Origin: Octopus vulgaris
Taxonomy: Eukaryota
Length of the DNA: 64,000 nt
Reading direction: 5' to 3'
NCBI GenBank assembly: GCA_951406725.2
Contig: OX597817.1
Location: 129,394,001 to 129,458,000, forward strand
The position numbers were made by a program, and so were the translations under genes. This document shows positions 27,821 to 41,813 of the stretch, one piece after another (position 1 is the first letter of the stretch; every line of letters begins with the position of its first letter). The notes beneath the pieces are model-generated. The model was not told the origin of the DNA. It did no database searches and worked only from the letters and a program-made list of their open reading frames with translations.

Positions 27821-28298
27821 ACGGGAAAATTTACGAGTACAAACAAGCAAATGTATTAGTATAGCGCTCAGGAATAGAAATAGAAAAAGGCTTTTACGTT
27901 TCGAGCCTACGCTCTTCGACAGAAAGATACACAGAAAAAAACAAGGAGAGAAACAAGGAGAGAAAAAAATGCGTGTATGAGCTAATGATCTATCATGGCG
28001 TCACACACGTATTAATGTTTATCTTTATGTTATAATAAAAACCATTTTACATTAAACTGAGGGGTTGCTAGAGGACAAATTTATTATTCATTAACAAGAA
28101 TAGTATTGACTTCGAAGTTTCGGTTAGCTAAGCTATCATCAAACAGTCTGAGGTTTGCTTAACTAGCCGAAACTTCGAAGTCATTGTCAATACATACATA
28201 CATACATATATACATACATACATACATACATACATACATACATACATACATAAATACATACATACATACATACAAAAATACATACATACATACATACA

Positions 28299-28329
<31 letters not shown>

Positions 28330-28498
28330 GTAAATAGAGGAAATTTATCTGTAAAATAATATGTGACAATTATTCAATAGCCAAGATAAAAGTTTGAGTT
28401 TCGGATGCCGAGGTGGAAATCCACAACACCATCTCTTCGGTTATCTCAGTTGCTCATTTGAGATTTCGTGCGTGCGCGCGCGCGTGAGTGTGTGAGAG

Positions 28499-28565
<67 letters not shown>

Positions 28566-29624
28566 GTGTGAGTGTGTGTTGCGCGCATGCCTGTCTGTAT
28601 GTTTTGTAAAACAATATACCATCTGTTTTAGAAACAGGCTCTCGCAATAATTTGTTATATAGAGTTAATTCATAATCTCCTTGGTTAGTTACGCAATATT
28701 CCAACCAGGGATATTACGTGTGAGGACGTGTGAGTTTGTACACGGGCATTATTGTGTGTGTGTTCATTTAGAACATGTATCTGTGAGAATGAGTGATAAT
28801 TTACATTTCTCTATTTTTTTTTTTTATATTTTCTGTATTTAGCATGTATAATTACACTAAACAACGAGTTGTGTACTTAATTTCAATATAGCTTATATAA
28901 TAATATTCAGAAATTCATATGATAGATGATGCTATGAAAAACGAGCTGTACCTGAATGAAAGACGCCATTGAGCGAGTACGAGCAATTTCACACCTGCAT
29001 GCGTTCTACCGACGCCTAATGGCAAGACCTACAAATTGGAAAGGAGATATATGTCCTCGGCTGTATGACACTAACATCCGGATTTTGCAATTGGAACCGT
29101 TTTTCAAAGTTTTAAATGCCAAATGTACTCCCGCTACCCACCGTCACTCGTTCATAAGCAACACACATACACACACATATGCGCACGTGCACATACATAC
29201 ACACACATACACACTTGTAACTTTGATCCTTCATAATAAAATCCAGTCAATGTTTGTTCCGTTAAACCCATCATTTGTCTCAAATGCCCACCGAGGCTAT
29301 TGTTCATGAATAAAAAAAAAAAAAAAAAAGAAACCTGTTTATCCCAATTATTTTCATGAGCAACGACAAATGAACGCTACAAAGTTAATTGATCAAGGTG
29401 CCAATGACGAGGTCGCTCAGTGGTCGCTTTGTCTGCTAGAAATAGTGGTAAATTCTCCTTCAAATCTGACATTATCAAGCGTCGTAAACAGAAGGATAAA
29501 TGAGATAATATAGAATTTTACCACAGCGCAGCTGTGTGGTAAGAAGCTTCTTTCTTAATCTCCAATCTCATGTTTCCGAGTTCAGATCCACTGCGTCGCA
29601 ATCTGAGCAATTTTTTTTTTAGAC

Positions 29625-30030
29625 GGCAGGAGTGGCTGTGTGGTAAGTAGCTTGCTTACCTACCACATGGTTCCGGGTTCAGTCCCACTGCGTGGCATCT
29701 TGAGCAAGTGTCTTCTGCTATAGCTTCGGGCCGACCAATGCCTTGTGAGTGGATTTGGTAGACGGAAACTGAAAGAAGCCTGTCGTATATATGTATATAT
29801 ATATGTATGTGTGTGTATGTTTGTGTGTCTGTATTTGTCCCCCTAGCGTTGCTTGACAACCGATGCTGGTGTGTTTACGTCCCCGTAACTTAGCGGTTCA
29901 GCAAAAGAGACCGATAGAATAAGTACTGGGCTTACAAAGAATAAGTCCCGGGGTCGATTTGCTCGACTAAAGGCGGTGCTCCAGCATGGCCGCAGTCAAA
30001 TGACTGAAACAAGTAAAAGAGTAAAAAGAG
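29625..30030 (+). mobile_element. tRNA-derived SINE (third family), full length
   Basis: Near-identical to 26950-27345. Further decayed copies at ~15060, 25600, 33230, 41240, 51950, 55060 and 60770. Confidence 0.85.
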
Positions 30031-30085
<55 letters not shown>

Positions 30086-30729
30086 AATAAAACGAATGGT
30101 TTACACCTGGTAGCTTACTGGTAAAGCACGGTCGGTTTCTCAGTGATCATTATGTATATGGCAAATGAAAGACGGAAGGGAAGATGGAATATACGAGAAT
30201 TTATTATTAATCACGAAAATTATTTCTACACATCTAGCATCGATCCCTCACGGATGGGACACTCAACATCTGATTCAGGAGCATCTGGCAGATATATCTC
30301 ATCGGGTGATAAATAGACATAACTCGTTAAAATGACAGTTCCGCAATGTAGCTTCTCGTTTTGTAGAAAGAAAAAACAGCCCGACAGAGAAAATGTCTTC
30401 ATTACATAGAAGACGAAAAATAAAATCACAGATGGCAAAAAGAGAAACGAACACGGAATACCGCGAGAAAATTATTAAAAATAACCCTTAACGAAGATGG
30501 ATGCATAAACGCCCTTGGGCAAGCTGCATGACACGAGTGCACTCGCTCATAAAAGCATCCCCCAAAATGTGAGCATATGCACACGTTAGGTTTGGTGTAC
30601 TCACGACCACAATGCGAGTTAACTATCTACTTGGTGTTTGTAAGAATAGGGAGCTTAACAGTAAACTTAAGCCATCCATACCTTAAAGTAAATTATGTTA
30701 ACAGTTACTCAAAATTCATTCCCCCTGCA

Positions 30730-31520
30730 TTGTGCGAAAGTACATTTATATGCGTGTAGGCATCTCGAGAGTCTTTTAGAAAGTTTATTAATGCTCTTCT
30801 CATTAGTCCACAGAATAAACCGGGTTCCTCGGAGAAAAGACGGCATCTCCTGGAAATTATGTTGTATGGTTTCGCGTGCCTTACTATGTACTTCTGTCGC
30901 CATACAAAATCGGCCAAATATATTGACTGTCTCTTATTAATTGTCTTAAAGCTGGCGACATGGTTAAAAATAACGTTTCTTAAATGAATCAACCGTCTGC
31001 CCAATGTAAATATACGACCCTCCCCTTGTGCGCACGATACATTTATATACAAGACTTCAACTCATGCAGAGATTTATCAATGGACATTTTGATTTTTCCC
31101 TGCATGAGCATTTATCGTAGTTATTTGTATATGAGGCTGTCCTGACTCCATATACCGACGTTGTTATCGTGTCAGCTGTATCATAAGTATTTCTACTATT
31201 ACAATTTGGCAGTAACTGGTGTTTTTCATTGCGGCTTACATCTTCTTTGTTAATATTTAAAAGCCTAAGTTAGTATTTGAAAGGTAATTGAACCTTTGTC
31301 GCATTTTGCTATTGTTTCTGCGATGCATAAGCTGCTCTAAATTAGCAGAGTTAGCGTAGGATACCTTCATTGTGTGCCGATTAAAAATAGCATGCTACCG
31401 ATTAGAGTTAGGAAAACATTTGTCTAAAGCAGCAAAAAATTTTGCAGCAATCTTAGTTGAAACATGCAAACCGAAAATCTGGTTGAACCAGAGGACATCC
31501 TGATTCTTACATCGGTTGTT
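30730..31520 (-). mobile_element. Penelope-like element remnant (linker plus GIY-YIG endonuclease)
   Basis: VLWFNQ..KFFAALDKCFP; KCSCREKSKCPL..LVYKCIV..YIYIGQT..FKKRY..NHVASF..LADFVW..AKPY..RRCRL, assembled across frameshifts. Confidence 0.8.
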
Positions 31521-31609
31521 AGGAATGAATTTTGAGTAACTTGTGAGTAGATTTAGTAGACAAAACTGAAAGAAGCCCGTCCTATATATATATATATATA
31601 TATATACAT

Positions 31610-31652
<43 letters not shown>

Positions 31653-31812
31653 CATATATATATAATGTGTGTGTGTGCATGTACTTGTGTATATGTGTTT
31701 GACCCCCGCCATCATTTAAATGAGTAGGAATTGAACTCGCATTCGGAGACTCGACTCGCTGAGAAGTTAACTAACTATACTCAATGAGAATAGAGAATAC
31801 GTATGTATGTAA

Positions 31813-31864
<52 letters not shown>

Positions 31865-33550
31865 TTTTCCCATTACATTGTTTTCATATCCTATCCCGTT
31901 CCCTGTTCAGTTCCCGTTTAAATTACAAATAGATTTACAAATACACGGTTACGTGGGACAGAGTTACAAATACTGACAAGTAATACAGAGTTGAATCATA
32001 AAATTGGTTGATTGTAATAGTATGGCAATATCAAAGTTGATTTGGTGGATGGTTGGAAGGATGAGAGGATTGACGATGTGCGGCTATGAAATAACTGATT
32101 TTATGGTTGATTATTATCAATTTTGTAGACCCTCTTGATGTACTACATTTTTGATCTTGCCCTATGGAGAATAAATAAACAAATTTGGTATATTGAAAAA
32201 ATTTTCCATATTAAATCCGATTTTGTTATTTATTTGCTCCAGAAAATGCTACTAATCAATTTTTCCTAATCAGAAAACAGGATTTGAAAGCTGACATTTT
32301 CTGCATGAGAGCTGTCTATCACAAAATGAAATCAAAATCATTACGGGGAGGAATTTTTATTAAACAAACGAAAGCAAAGCATTTCGATGACCAAAGTTGA
32401 AAGAATTTCTGAAGTTTTAATATGCTTTAACGAATAAAGTAATGGGAAACGGTCGAACCAGCATGTAAATAATTTTAAAAGGAAAAAAATCGTTAAGGAA
32501 CTTTTTGCGAAAAATTGCACAAATCTGTCCTGATCAAGAGCCTTTTCAGTCGCGGAAGGCATGGTCTGATGTGGAATAAACAAAAATTTATGTAAGACAT
32601 TCTATTGTAAAAATTGCCCGACAACGAAGGACTATTCATCTATGGAAGAAAATGAAAGACATTATCTATAATGTTATTGTTTCAGTACGTTGGTAAAGTT
32701 TTAATAAATCTTAATACGGTGATTTGAAAACAAATATGAAAGAACTTTACCTTTCACTTGTTAGTTTCACATCTGTTGCTGGACATATTGTAAAAGCTTT
32801 GACTGAGCATACGATAGTCAATCCACTAAAACGTACACGTTAAGTAATAGGTAAAAATTAAAGGAAAACATATTAAAATTCGTTGTTCTCTTCGGTAAGC
32901 ACATTCTCTCTCTCCCGCTCTGCCCCTTTCTCTCGTACTCTTTCTGTCTCTCACATTCCCTGTTTCTCTATTTCTTCCTGTCTTCTCCCCTTCTCTGATA
33001 TTAGCCACCATCAATATGCCACCATATTTGATTCAACCTATCACTCTTTGCGCCCTTCTCACGTAGGGGGACCATTATCGATTTTTATTAAAATCCAATT
33101 AGCCTATAATTGAACTGGATATTAGTTTAACATGTAAGCAAAATTTCATGAAGATTTGCTCTTTGTTTGAAGCATCAAAATAGTAACAGACGGACAGAAA
33201 TATATATATATATATAAATGTGTGTGTGTACGATGGGCTTCTTTCAGTTTCTGTCTATCATATTTATTCATAAGGCTTTCGTCGGTCTGAGGCTATTGTA
33301 GAAGACAATTGCCCAAGGTATCAAGCAGTAGGACTGAATCCAGAACCATGTGGTTGGGGAACTACGCCAGCGCCTGTATGAGTGTGCATATATGTGTGTG
33401 TGTGTGTATGTATGTGTGTGTGATATATGATACTTATGTTACATACATACACACACATATATATATATGTATGTATATACGCCTGTCTAACTGTCTGTCT
33501 GTCTGTATGTATGTATGTATGTATGTATGTAAGTGTGTATGTATGTATGT

Positions 33551-33601
<51 letters not shown>

Positions 33602-34229
33602 CATTTATATATAAATGTGTATAAACATGTTACCGTGTATCAAACAATAGATGGCAGTTAACTGCTCAATAAAACACATAAATCGTTCATTCTATACACA
33701 CACATTTGATGATGATGGTTAGATATCTGATTAAGTTCCCAAGACTATTTCTCCACTAGATTCGCTTAATCTGACGTGGGGGACCGATAGGTCACTACGA
33801 TAAAGTATGATTTATAATGTAGACTACAATGACGATGACAATACAGAAATTATGATAAAGTTCGCTGACGATAATGAAACCTTAACCAGTTTAACCAGAA
33901 ATAATAGAAAGGGTGCTCAGGTTCTAAGCAGGACTTAATCTGAATCTGGTCAGTCAGGTGTGTTAATGATGTTTGTTGTTTGTATTTTGAAACGTATTCT
34001 TAAGAACCGACTGGTCCTTGGTAATCTGCCGTTTATGTAGCAACTCACTATGAAATCTATTTCTCCAACCTACATTTCCTTCTTCCAGAGTTAGCACTTC
34101 CCCACTTAGCAAACTACCACCAATCGCTATCTCTGACAATACATCTCCAGGAACATCACGACCAGCACTCATAATCATCTTTAATGTCATTATTCGACAG
34201 CACGCACAATAAAATCAAAACCTACTCCA

Positions 34230-35270
34230 TCGGCGCTGTCACCGCTGCGATCATTTGTATCACTGCCTCTGCCGTCGCTGCCTCCTCAGCCGCTGCTGCC
34301 ACTGTCACCACTGCCGCTGTCGCCGCCGCTGCTGCCGCTACCACTGCCGCTGTCGCCGCCGCTGCCACTGTCGCCGCTGCTGTTGTTGCCGCTGCTGCCG
34401 CTACCACTGACGCCGCCATCGCTTCTGTTACTGCCGCTGCTGCCGCTACCACTGCCGCTGTCACCGCTTCTGTTACCGCCGCTGCTGCCGCTACCACTGC
34501 CGCCTCCACCGCTTCTGTTACCGCCGCTGCTGCCGCTACCACTGCCGCCGCCACCGCTTCTGTTACCTCCGGTGCTGCCGCTACCGCCTCTGCCATCTTT
34601 GTCACTGCTACGGCCGCTGCCGCCCCTGTTATCGCTGTCAGCATTACTGCAGCTGCCGCCACTATTGCCTTAGCTGCAATTTCCACGGCTACCAACGCCA
34701 CTACCGCCGCTGCTACTGCTATCGTTACTATTGCCGCTGCTAGTGCTAGCGTCGCTATCGCTACCTTCGCTGTCGCCACTAAAGCCACCGCCAATGCACC
34801 GCTGCTATGGTCGTTAATCCTGATACTTCTCCCCCCCCCTGCTGCTATCCTGACTACCGCCGCTGCCACAGTTGTCGCTGTTTTCACTGCTTCCGCTGCT
34901 CTCGCCACATCGCCCGCTCTCGCCGCTCCCGCGGCTCTCGCTGCTTCCGCGGCTCTCGCTGCTTCCGTCTCTCTCGCCGTTGCCGTCGCTACCGCAGCCG
35001 TCGGTGCCACTGCTGTCGCTGCCACTGCCGTTGGTATCGCTGCCGTCGCTGCCGCAGCTGCTGCTACCACTGCTGCTGTGTCGTCATTGCTGCCACCGTT
35101 GCGCCGTCGCTGCTGCCCCAGCCGACGTTGTCGTAGTCGCTGCCACTGTCACGCTCGCTGCCGACGCCGCTGCAGTTTGCCACTGCTTCCCCCGCCGCAG
35201 GCCCCCACCGTCTCAGGTCCCCACTGCCTCGCCGGTCCCACCGCTGCTACCACCACCGAAATCATTGCCC
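34230..35270. repeat. Degenerate GCN/ACN trinucleotide low-complexity tract
   Basis: GCC/GCT/ACT triplets with internal ~39-bp tandem units (34420-34600). Open on both strands. Confidence 0.8.
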
Positions 35271-36993
35271 CCATTTCTAGAAGTTCACCTAATAATTAAT
35301 TTCCCCAACACAGTGGGGAAATCACAGAATCGGTAGTACATCGTGAAAGAAACACCGATGGTTATTTAAGTGCGTCCTTTTATGTACTTCGTTAAAAACC
35401 ATTTTGAGGTTGACTTTATCTTTCATTATTCTGGTGTCAGTAAAATACATACCAGTCAATGGACGGGATCACGCAGTCGACATGCTCCAACCTATAACTT
35501 ATTACATTACGTTTACTTTGTGAAAGTATAATCGTCTATCTGACGATATATCTATCTATGTATATAGATAGATATATCGGTTGATAGAAGATAGGAAGTT
35601 GAATAGTTGGATACATCAACTGATACTTAACTTACTTTAGCAAATAGCATTAGATCTTACTGTCTTACTATTTTACGTGTTCCAGTTCAATGACCATGAC
35701 CACTCTCAGACACTGCAATTATTCAGTTTACACCGGTGAAAATGCGTAGCAGCATTTCGTCCATCTTTACGTTCTGAGTTCAAATTCTGCCGTGGTCGAC
35801 TTTGCCTTTCATTCTTTCGAGGTCGATAAATTAAGTACCAGTGAAACACTGGAGTAGATGTAATCGACTTATCCTCTCGCCCGAAATTGCTGGCCTTGTG
35901 TCTAACTTTGAAATTACCACGATCATCATCATCATCATCATCATCGTTGTCGTCGTCGTCGTCGTCAGCATCAGCATCATCGTTATTAGATATAAATGCG
36001 TTACCAGGTCGATAGAAAGAAAAGTACACAGATAGTTAGCAAGATAAATAGATAATTAGATATACAGATAAATTATTTTCAAATGACCAAATTCAGATTT
36101 GTGAAAACTCCTTGCAGACGGATTTAATACTGACAGTCTGTGCTCTGTACCGGTATTAGGCCATTTAGTAACTACATAACTTTCCATACCAGGAAGTTTA
36201 CAGTGTATTTACAGATTCTTCTCAGTGTGGTATAATTGAAAATACGGTGCCGCACTGAGCGAGACATCGCACTGCTCACACACAGCAGTCTATAAAAGGG
36301 AGGATGTGTGTGCGTGTGTGTACGTGATTTTAATTTATGCACGTCCACAAATTAGCACGCGTGCCGCTCAAATTTTAGGAGGACATTTGTCAACATCCTA
36401 TCTGGGTTTTGTCAACTTATTTTTTACCCCAAGGCACTCGTGGGTAGCGTAAATACCTATTTTCAGACATAGCTCTTAGCCACGAAAAATATCAGCCTTG
36501 GCTTTTTTGATGGCGTCTAACAAAAAAAATTAGATAAAGAAAAGTGGAGGAAGGAGGCAGAGAGTTTCACAGGAAAGACAAAGTGAGAGAGGGAGAGATA
36601 GAGAGTAAGTTATTACGTTCATAAAAAATAAAATGTAAAATGTTTTGTTTTTTGTTTTGAAAGACACTATATTTTATAATCATAGTATATATACTTTAGT
36701 GAAAATCGTGCGAGTGTTAATCTACAAATGTAACAATATTTTTTCCATTCATTTCTGTTTATGAACATGTATGCGTGCACAAAACATGTAATAGGTGTAC
36801 GTACGTACATGTATGTATGTGTGTTCGTGTCTATTGCCCATATATATTTATATAATATTATATAATATATAATATATAATATATAATATTATATAATATT
36901 ATATATAATATTATATATAATATTATATATATATAATATATAATATATATAATATATAATATTGGAAGGTTTGGAGATGATGTACAGGTATTT

Positions 36994-39382
36994 TATATTA
37001 GAAGAAATGAGGTACTCAGAAAATCGGATGGTTTATATTTACAGATATTTATTTGTATATTACATTTTTTATACATCATATAACTTAGATCATGTATTAA
37101 TGCTTTCTCCCATTCTATGAATACAAAATCGCGGCAAATGCCAGTAGCAATCCAAAAACCTTCTTTGCCCATGTCCAGCGGAATTCCCGCTTGAACAACC
37201 AGATTGCAACGTTGGTAGACTCAACAGGCGTATCGATTGAGGACCCTTATCAACAGAGTCAATTATTTGCCGAGGCTTTTTCAACTATTTTCAAACAAGA
37301 TGATGGTCGTGAACCCCCTCCATTTGATAGATCGGTACCTCCAATGCTTCGATTGATCATCACGCGGGACCAAGTCAAGCGTGTTATTCAAGGCCTCGAT
37401 GTCAACAAGGGTCACGGCCCTGACGGCATACACCCACGGGTTATCAAAGCGTTGGCTCCGGTCATCTGCGAGCCCTTAACACGAGTATTCAATATGTCAT
37501 TGGCGACGGGTGTTATACCTGCAGACTGGAGAACAGCGATAATCTGCCCAATTTTCAAGAAAGGGAGCCGCGAAGACCCGCTTAACTACCGACCGGTTTC
37601 CCTTACATCAATAATCAGCAAGATGTTCGAAACCATCCTTAAGAAAAGTATGATGCTCCACCTCCTAAACACAGCCTCGATCACTGATTCCCAACACGGC
37701 TTCGTGCCGAAGAGATCATGCTTGACCAACTTACTAGTAATGGAAGAATTAGTGACGCGCATCCTCGATGATAGTGATGCTGTTGACATCGTTTTATTGG
37801 ACTTTGCCAAAGCTTTTGACTCGGTAAACCACCGCCTACTACTTGTCAAGCTTCAAGCATATAGTTTCCATCCGGATATTGTACGATGGGTTGTGCCTTC
37901 CTCTCAGATCGCTCCTTCCAAGTTCAAGTTAATGGTTCGCGGTCCGACGTCTCCAGTGCGAGCAGTGGCGTGCCTCAAGGTTCAGTGCTTGGGCCCTTGT
38001 TGTTCTTAGTCTTCATAAATGACTTGCCCGACGACCTCACGCAACACACCCTTCTATTTGCCGACGATATCAAACTGGTCGCTCCTCGCGGTAGTATAGA
38101 GGATCTTCGTCGATGCCTCCACCAAATTTGGAAGTGGTCTAACGATTGGGACCTGTGTCTGAACGTGTCAAAGTGCTGTCATCTGCCTGTCGGCTCTACT
38201 CCTGCAACTCAACTTGATTTCGAGCTGGATCGTCTGCTGCTGGAGAGGACCGATCAGGTAAAGGACCTGGGTATCTTGGTGGATTCCTCTTTTTCGCCTT
38301 CGGCCCAGTGCGTCCATGCTGCCAACAAAGCGCGCGGAATTCTGTTTTTGATTCGACGGTCATTCGGAATGCTCACAGCAGCCATATTCCTGCCACTCTA
38401 TGTCACGCTGGTGAGACCCATATTGGAGTATGGGATTCAAGCCTCTTCTCCTTATCTCCTCAAAGACATACAGCACCTCGAAAGAGTCCAGAGGCTGGCT
38501 ACCCGCATGGTTCATGGTCTCAAAAATTTGTCCTACGAAGAAAGGCTGAGGACGCTCGACCTTTGTTCTCTTGAAAAACGCCGCCGCCGTGGTGATCTCA
38601 TTCTCGCCCACAACATCATAAGCGGGAAGTGTAACCTCTCGAAAGAGCTGTTCTTCACTCCTGCTCCGGAGCGTCGGCTGCGGGGTCATTCCGAAAAGCT
38701 CTACCGGCGACGATTTCATCTCAATCGAAGGAGAGGAGCTTTCTCCGTCCGGGTTGCGGATCCGTGGAACAAACTGCCAGACGAGATGGTGAAGATGCCG
38801 ACGACCGCTTTGTTCAAAGCCTCCCTGGACCTCAAGTGGCCTGAACTCTTTACATGAACACCACCCTGTACTTAACTCCATGTCCCCCTACATGGCCTTG
38901 CTATTTGCTTTTGAGCCAAATTAACTAACTAACTAACTAACTAGTGGGGTTTTCAAATCAAACTAAGTTTGTGTGTGAAAAGTTTTGACCATTTTATAGT
39001 GGTATTGAGTTTGTAGTGGTGGGGAGGAATATAAGACTGTACAAGAGGGTTATGGATGAGGAGAAAGTGAGAGAGAGAGAACATGTGTGTGTGTGTGTGT
39101 GTGTTTTCCAAAAGCAAAAACACACACACACATATGCTCCCTCTCTCTCTCACTTTCTCCTCTTCCATCACCCTCTTGTACAGTCTTATATTCCTCCCCA
39201 CCACTACGAGCTCAATACCACTATAAAATGGTCAAAACTTTTCACACAGGAACCCCACTAGAATGGGAGAAAGCGCTAATACATAATCTAAGTTATATGA
39301 TGTATAAAAAATGTAATATACAAATAAATATCTGTAAATATAAACCATCCGATTTTCTGAGTACCTCATTTCTTCTAATATA
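36994..39382. repeat. Large palindrome (~280-bp arms) interrupted by a CR1 insertion in its left arm
   Basis: 36994-37117 joined to 38944-~39105 is the near reverse complement of ~39115-39382 (CCCATTCTA|GTGGGG vs CCCCACTAGAATGGG). Confidence 0.85.
37118..38943 (+). mobile_element. 5'-truncated young CR1-type LINE (RT domain plus 3'UTR)
   Basis: GPDGIHPR, NYRPVSLTS, QHGF, LDFAKAFDSV, GVPQGSVLGPLLF, LFADD, LRGH. One frameshift near 37890, stop at 38857, (TAAC)n tail. Confidence 0.95.
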
Positions 39383-39664
39383 TAATATATATATATATTA
39401 TAACTAATTTCAACGGATTTCGCCCAAATTTGACGTCTATATTACTTAGTTTGGTTTGAAATAAAGAACTTGATTAGCTTAATAATCGTAACTTAATCCC
39501 GGTTATGGTCAAACAATTGACAAGCAATTCTGTGGTATTGAGCAGAATATTTGCAGTAGCCCATTTTTATACCAATGCGAAACAATGTACATGATAACAC
39601 TTCTAATCAGTTAAGATAAGAAGCCATGAGAGCCACTGTCTGGTACTGCACCAGGGCATTTACA

Positions 39665-39719
<55 letters not shown>

Positions 39720-39724
39720 AAACT

Positions 39725-40164
39725 AATTGTTAGCGTGCTGCACGAAATGCTTAGCGGTACTTGGCCTGTCACTAAGTTCTGAGTTCAACTTCCGCCGAGG
39801 TCGACTTTGCCTTTCATCCTTTCGGGGTCGGTAAATTAAGTACCAGTCAAGTAATGGGGTCAACGTGATCGACTCTCCCCGTCCCCATAAAAATCCAGTC
39901 CTTGTGCCTATAGTAGAAAGGATTATTATTATCATTATTACTAAGGCGGCAAGTTGGCAGATCGTTAGCACACTGGACAAAATGCTTAGGGGTATTTCGC
40001 GCGTCGCTACATTCTGGGTTCAAATTCCGCGCAAGTTGACATTGCCTTTCATCATTTCGGGGTTGATAAATTGAGTACCAGTTGAGTCCTGGGATCGATG
40101 TAATCGAATTATCCCCTCACCGAAAATGGTTGCCTGTGTGATAAAATTTGAAACCATTATCACA

Positions 40165-40221
<57 letters not shown>

Positions 40222-41220
40222 GTTATTATTATTATTATTATTATAATTACTAAGGCGGCGAGGTGGCAGAAACGTTACCACGCCGAGCGAAATGCGTAGC
40301 GGTATTTCGTCTGCCGTTACGTTCTGAGTTCAAATTCCGCCGAGGTCGATTTTGCCTTTCATCCTTTCGGGGTCGATTAAATAAGTACCAGTTACACACT
40401 GTAATCGATATAATCGACTTAATCCATTTGTCTGTCCTTGTTTGTCTCCTCTGTCTGTGGCCTCTTGTGGGCAATAAAGAAATAAGAATCGTTAGTACGC
40501 TGAACGAAATGCTTAGAGGCATTTCGTCTGTTGCTACGGCTTGAGTTCAAATTCCGCCGAGGTTGACTTTGTCTTTCATCCATTCAGGGTCAATAAATTA
40601 TGTACCAGTGAAACTCTGGGATCTATGTAATCGACTAGTCCCCTCCCACCCAATTTCAGGCCTTGTGTCTAAGGTAGAAAGGATTATTATTATTGCTACT
40701 TTTTAACATGGCAAGCTGTCAAAATGCTTAGCGGTATTTCGTCTGCCGCTACATTCTGAGTTCAGATTCCGCCGAGGTCGACTTTGCCTTTCATCCTTTC
40801 GGGGTCGATTAAATAAGTACCAGTTACTCACAGGAGTCGATATAATTGACTTAATCCGTCTGTCTGTCCTTGTTTGTCCCCTCTGTGTTTAGCCCCTTGT
40901 GGGTAGTAAAGAAATAAGTATTTCATCTACCGCTACGATCTGAGTTCAAATTCCGCCAAGGTCGATTTTGCCTTTCATCCTTTCGGGGTCGATTAAATAA
41001 GTACCAGTTAAGCACTCGGGTCGATATAATCGACTTAATCTGTTTGTCTGTCCTTGTTTGTTCTCTCTGTGTTTAGCCCCTTGTGGGTACTAAAGAAATA
41101 GGTATTTTGTCTGTCTTTACGCAACAAGTTCAAATTCCGCCAAGGTCGACTTTACCATTCATCCTTTCGGATCTATAAAATAAGTACTAGTTGAACTTAG
41201 GTATTGATGCAATTGACTTC
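39725..41220. mobile_element. Cluster and head-to-tail multimers of the CORE-like SINE (plus orientation)
   Basis: About seven repeats of GAGTTCAAATTCCGCCGAGGTCGACTTTGCCTTTCATCCTTTCGGGGTCG, interspersed with (TTA)n. Confidence 0.85.
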
Positions 41221-41434
41221 CGCTCTAAGAAATTGCTGTGAGTGGATTTGGAAACTCAGTTTCCATCTGCCAAATACACTTTGGTCGGCCCGAGGCTACA
41301 GTAGAAGACACTTGCCCAAGGTGCCACGCAGTTGAACTGAACCGAGAACCATGTAGTTGGGAAACAAGCTTCTTACCACACAGCCACTTCTGTGTGTGTG
41401 TTTGTCTGTATGTAAACATACATATGAGTGTGTT

Positions 41435-41502
<68 letters not shown>

Positions 41503-41511
41503 CGCACATAC

Positions 41512-41592
<81 letters not shown>

Positions 41593-41766
41593 GCATAACA
41601 AGCGCTCGCACGAAGGCATGTATGAACTGGGTAGTTAAAACAAAATTTTCAAGAATTTATTAGGGCACCAAAGTAATACCGAGTAGATATTGACACTTTC
41701 CCGGCCTTTCCGCATCTGTAGCCAGCGGAACATCGGAGATGTGACAGCTGAAGTAAGAGAAAGAGT

Positions 41767-41813
<47 letters not shown>

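Noticed and set aside
33780-33940. Acidic open segment YNDDDNTEIMIKFADD
   Set aside because: IKFADD indicates a decayed CR1/L2-type RT remnant rather than an exon.
39725-41220. CRISPR-like repeat-spacer array
   Set aside because: Units are ~180-bp SINE bodies with homologous spacers; eukaryotic context and no cas genes.
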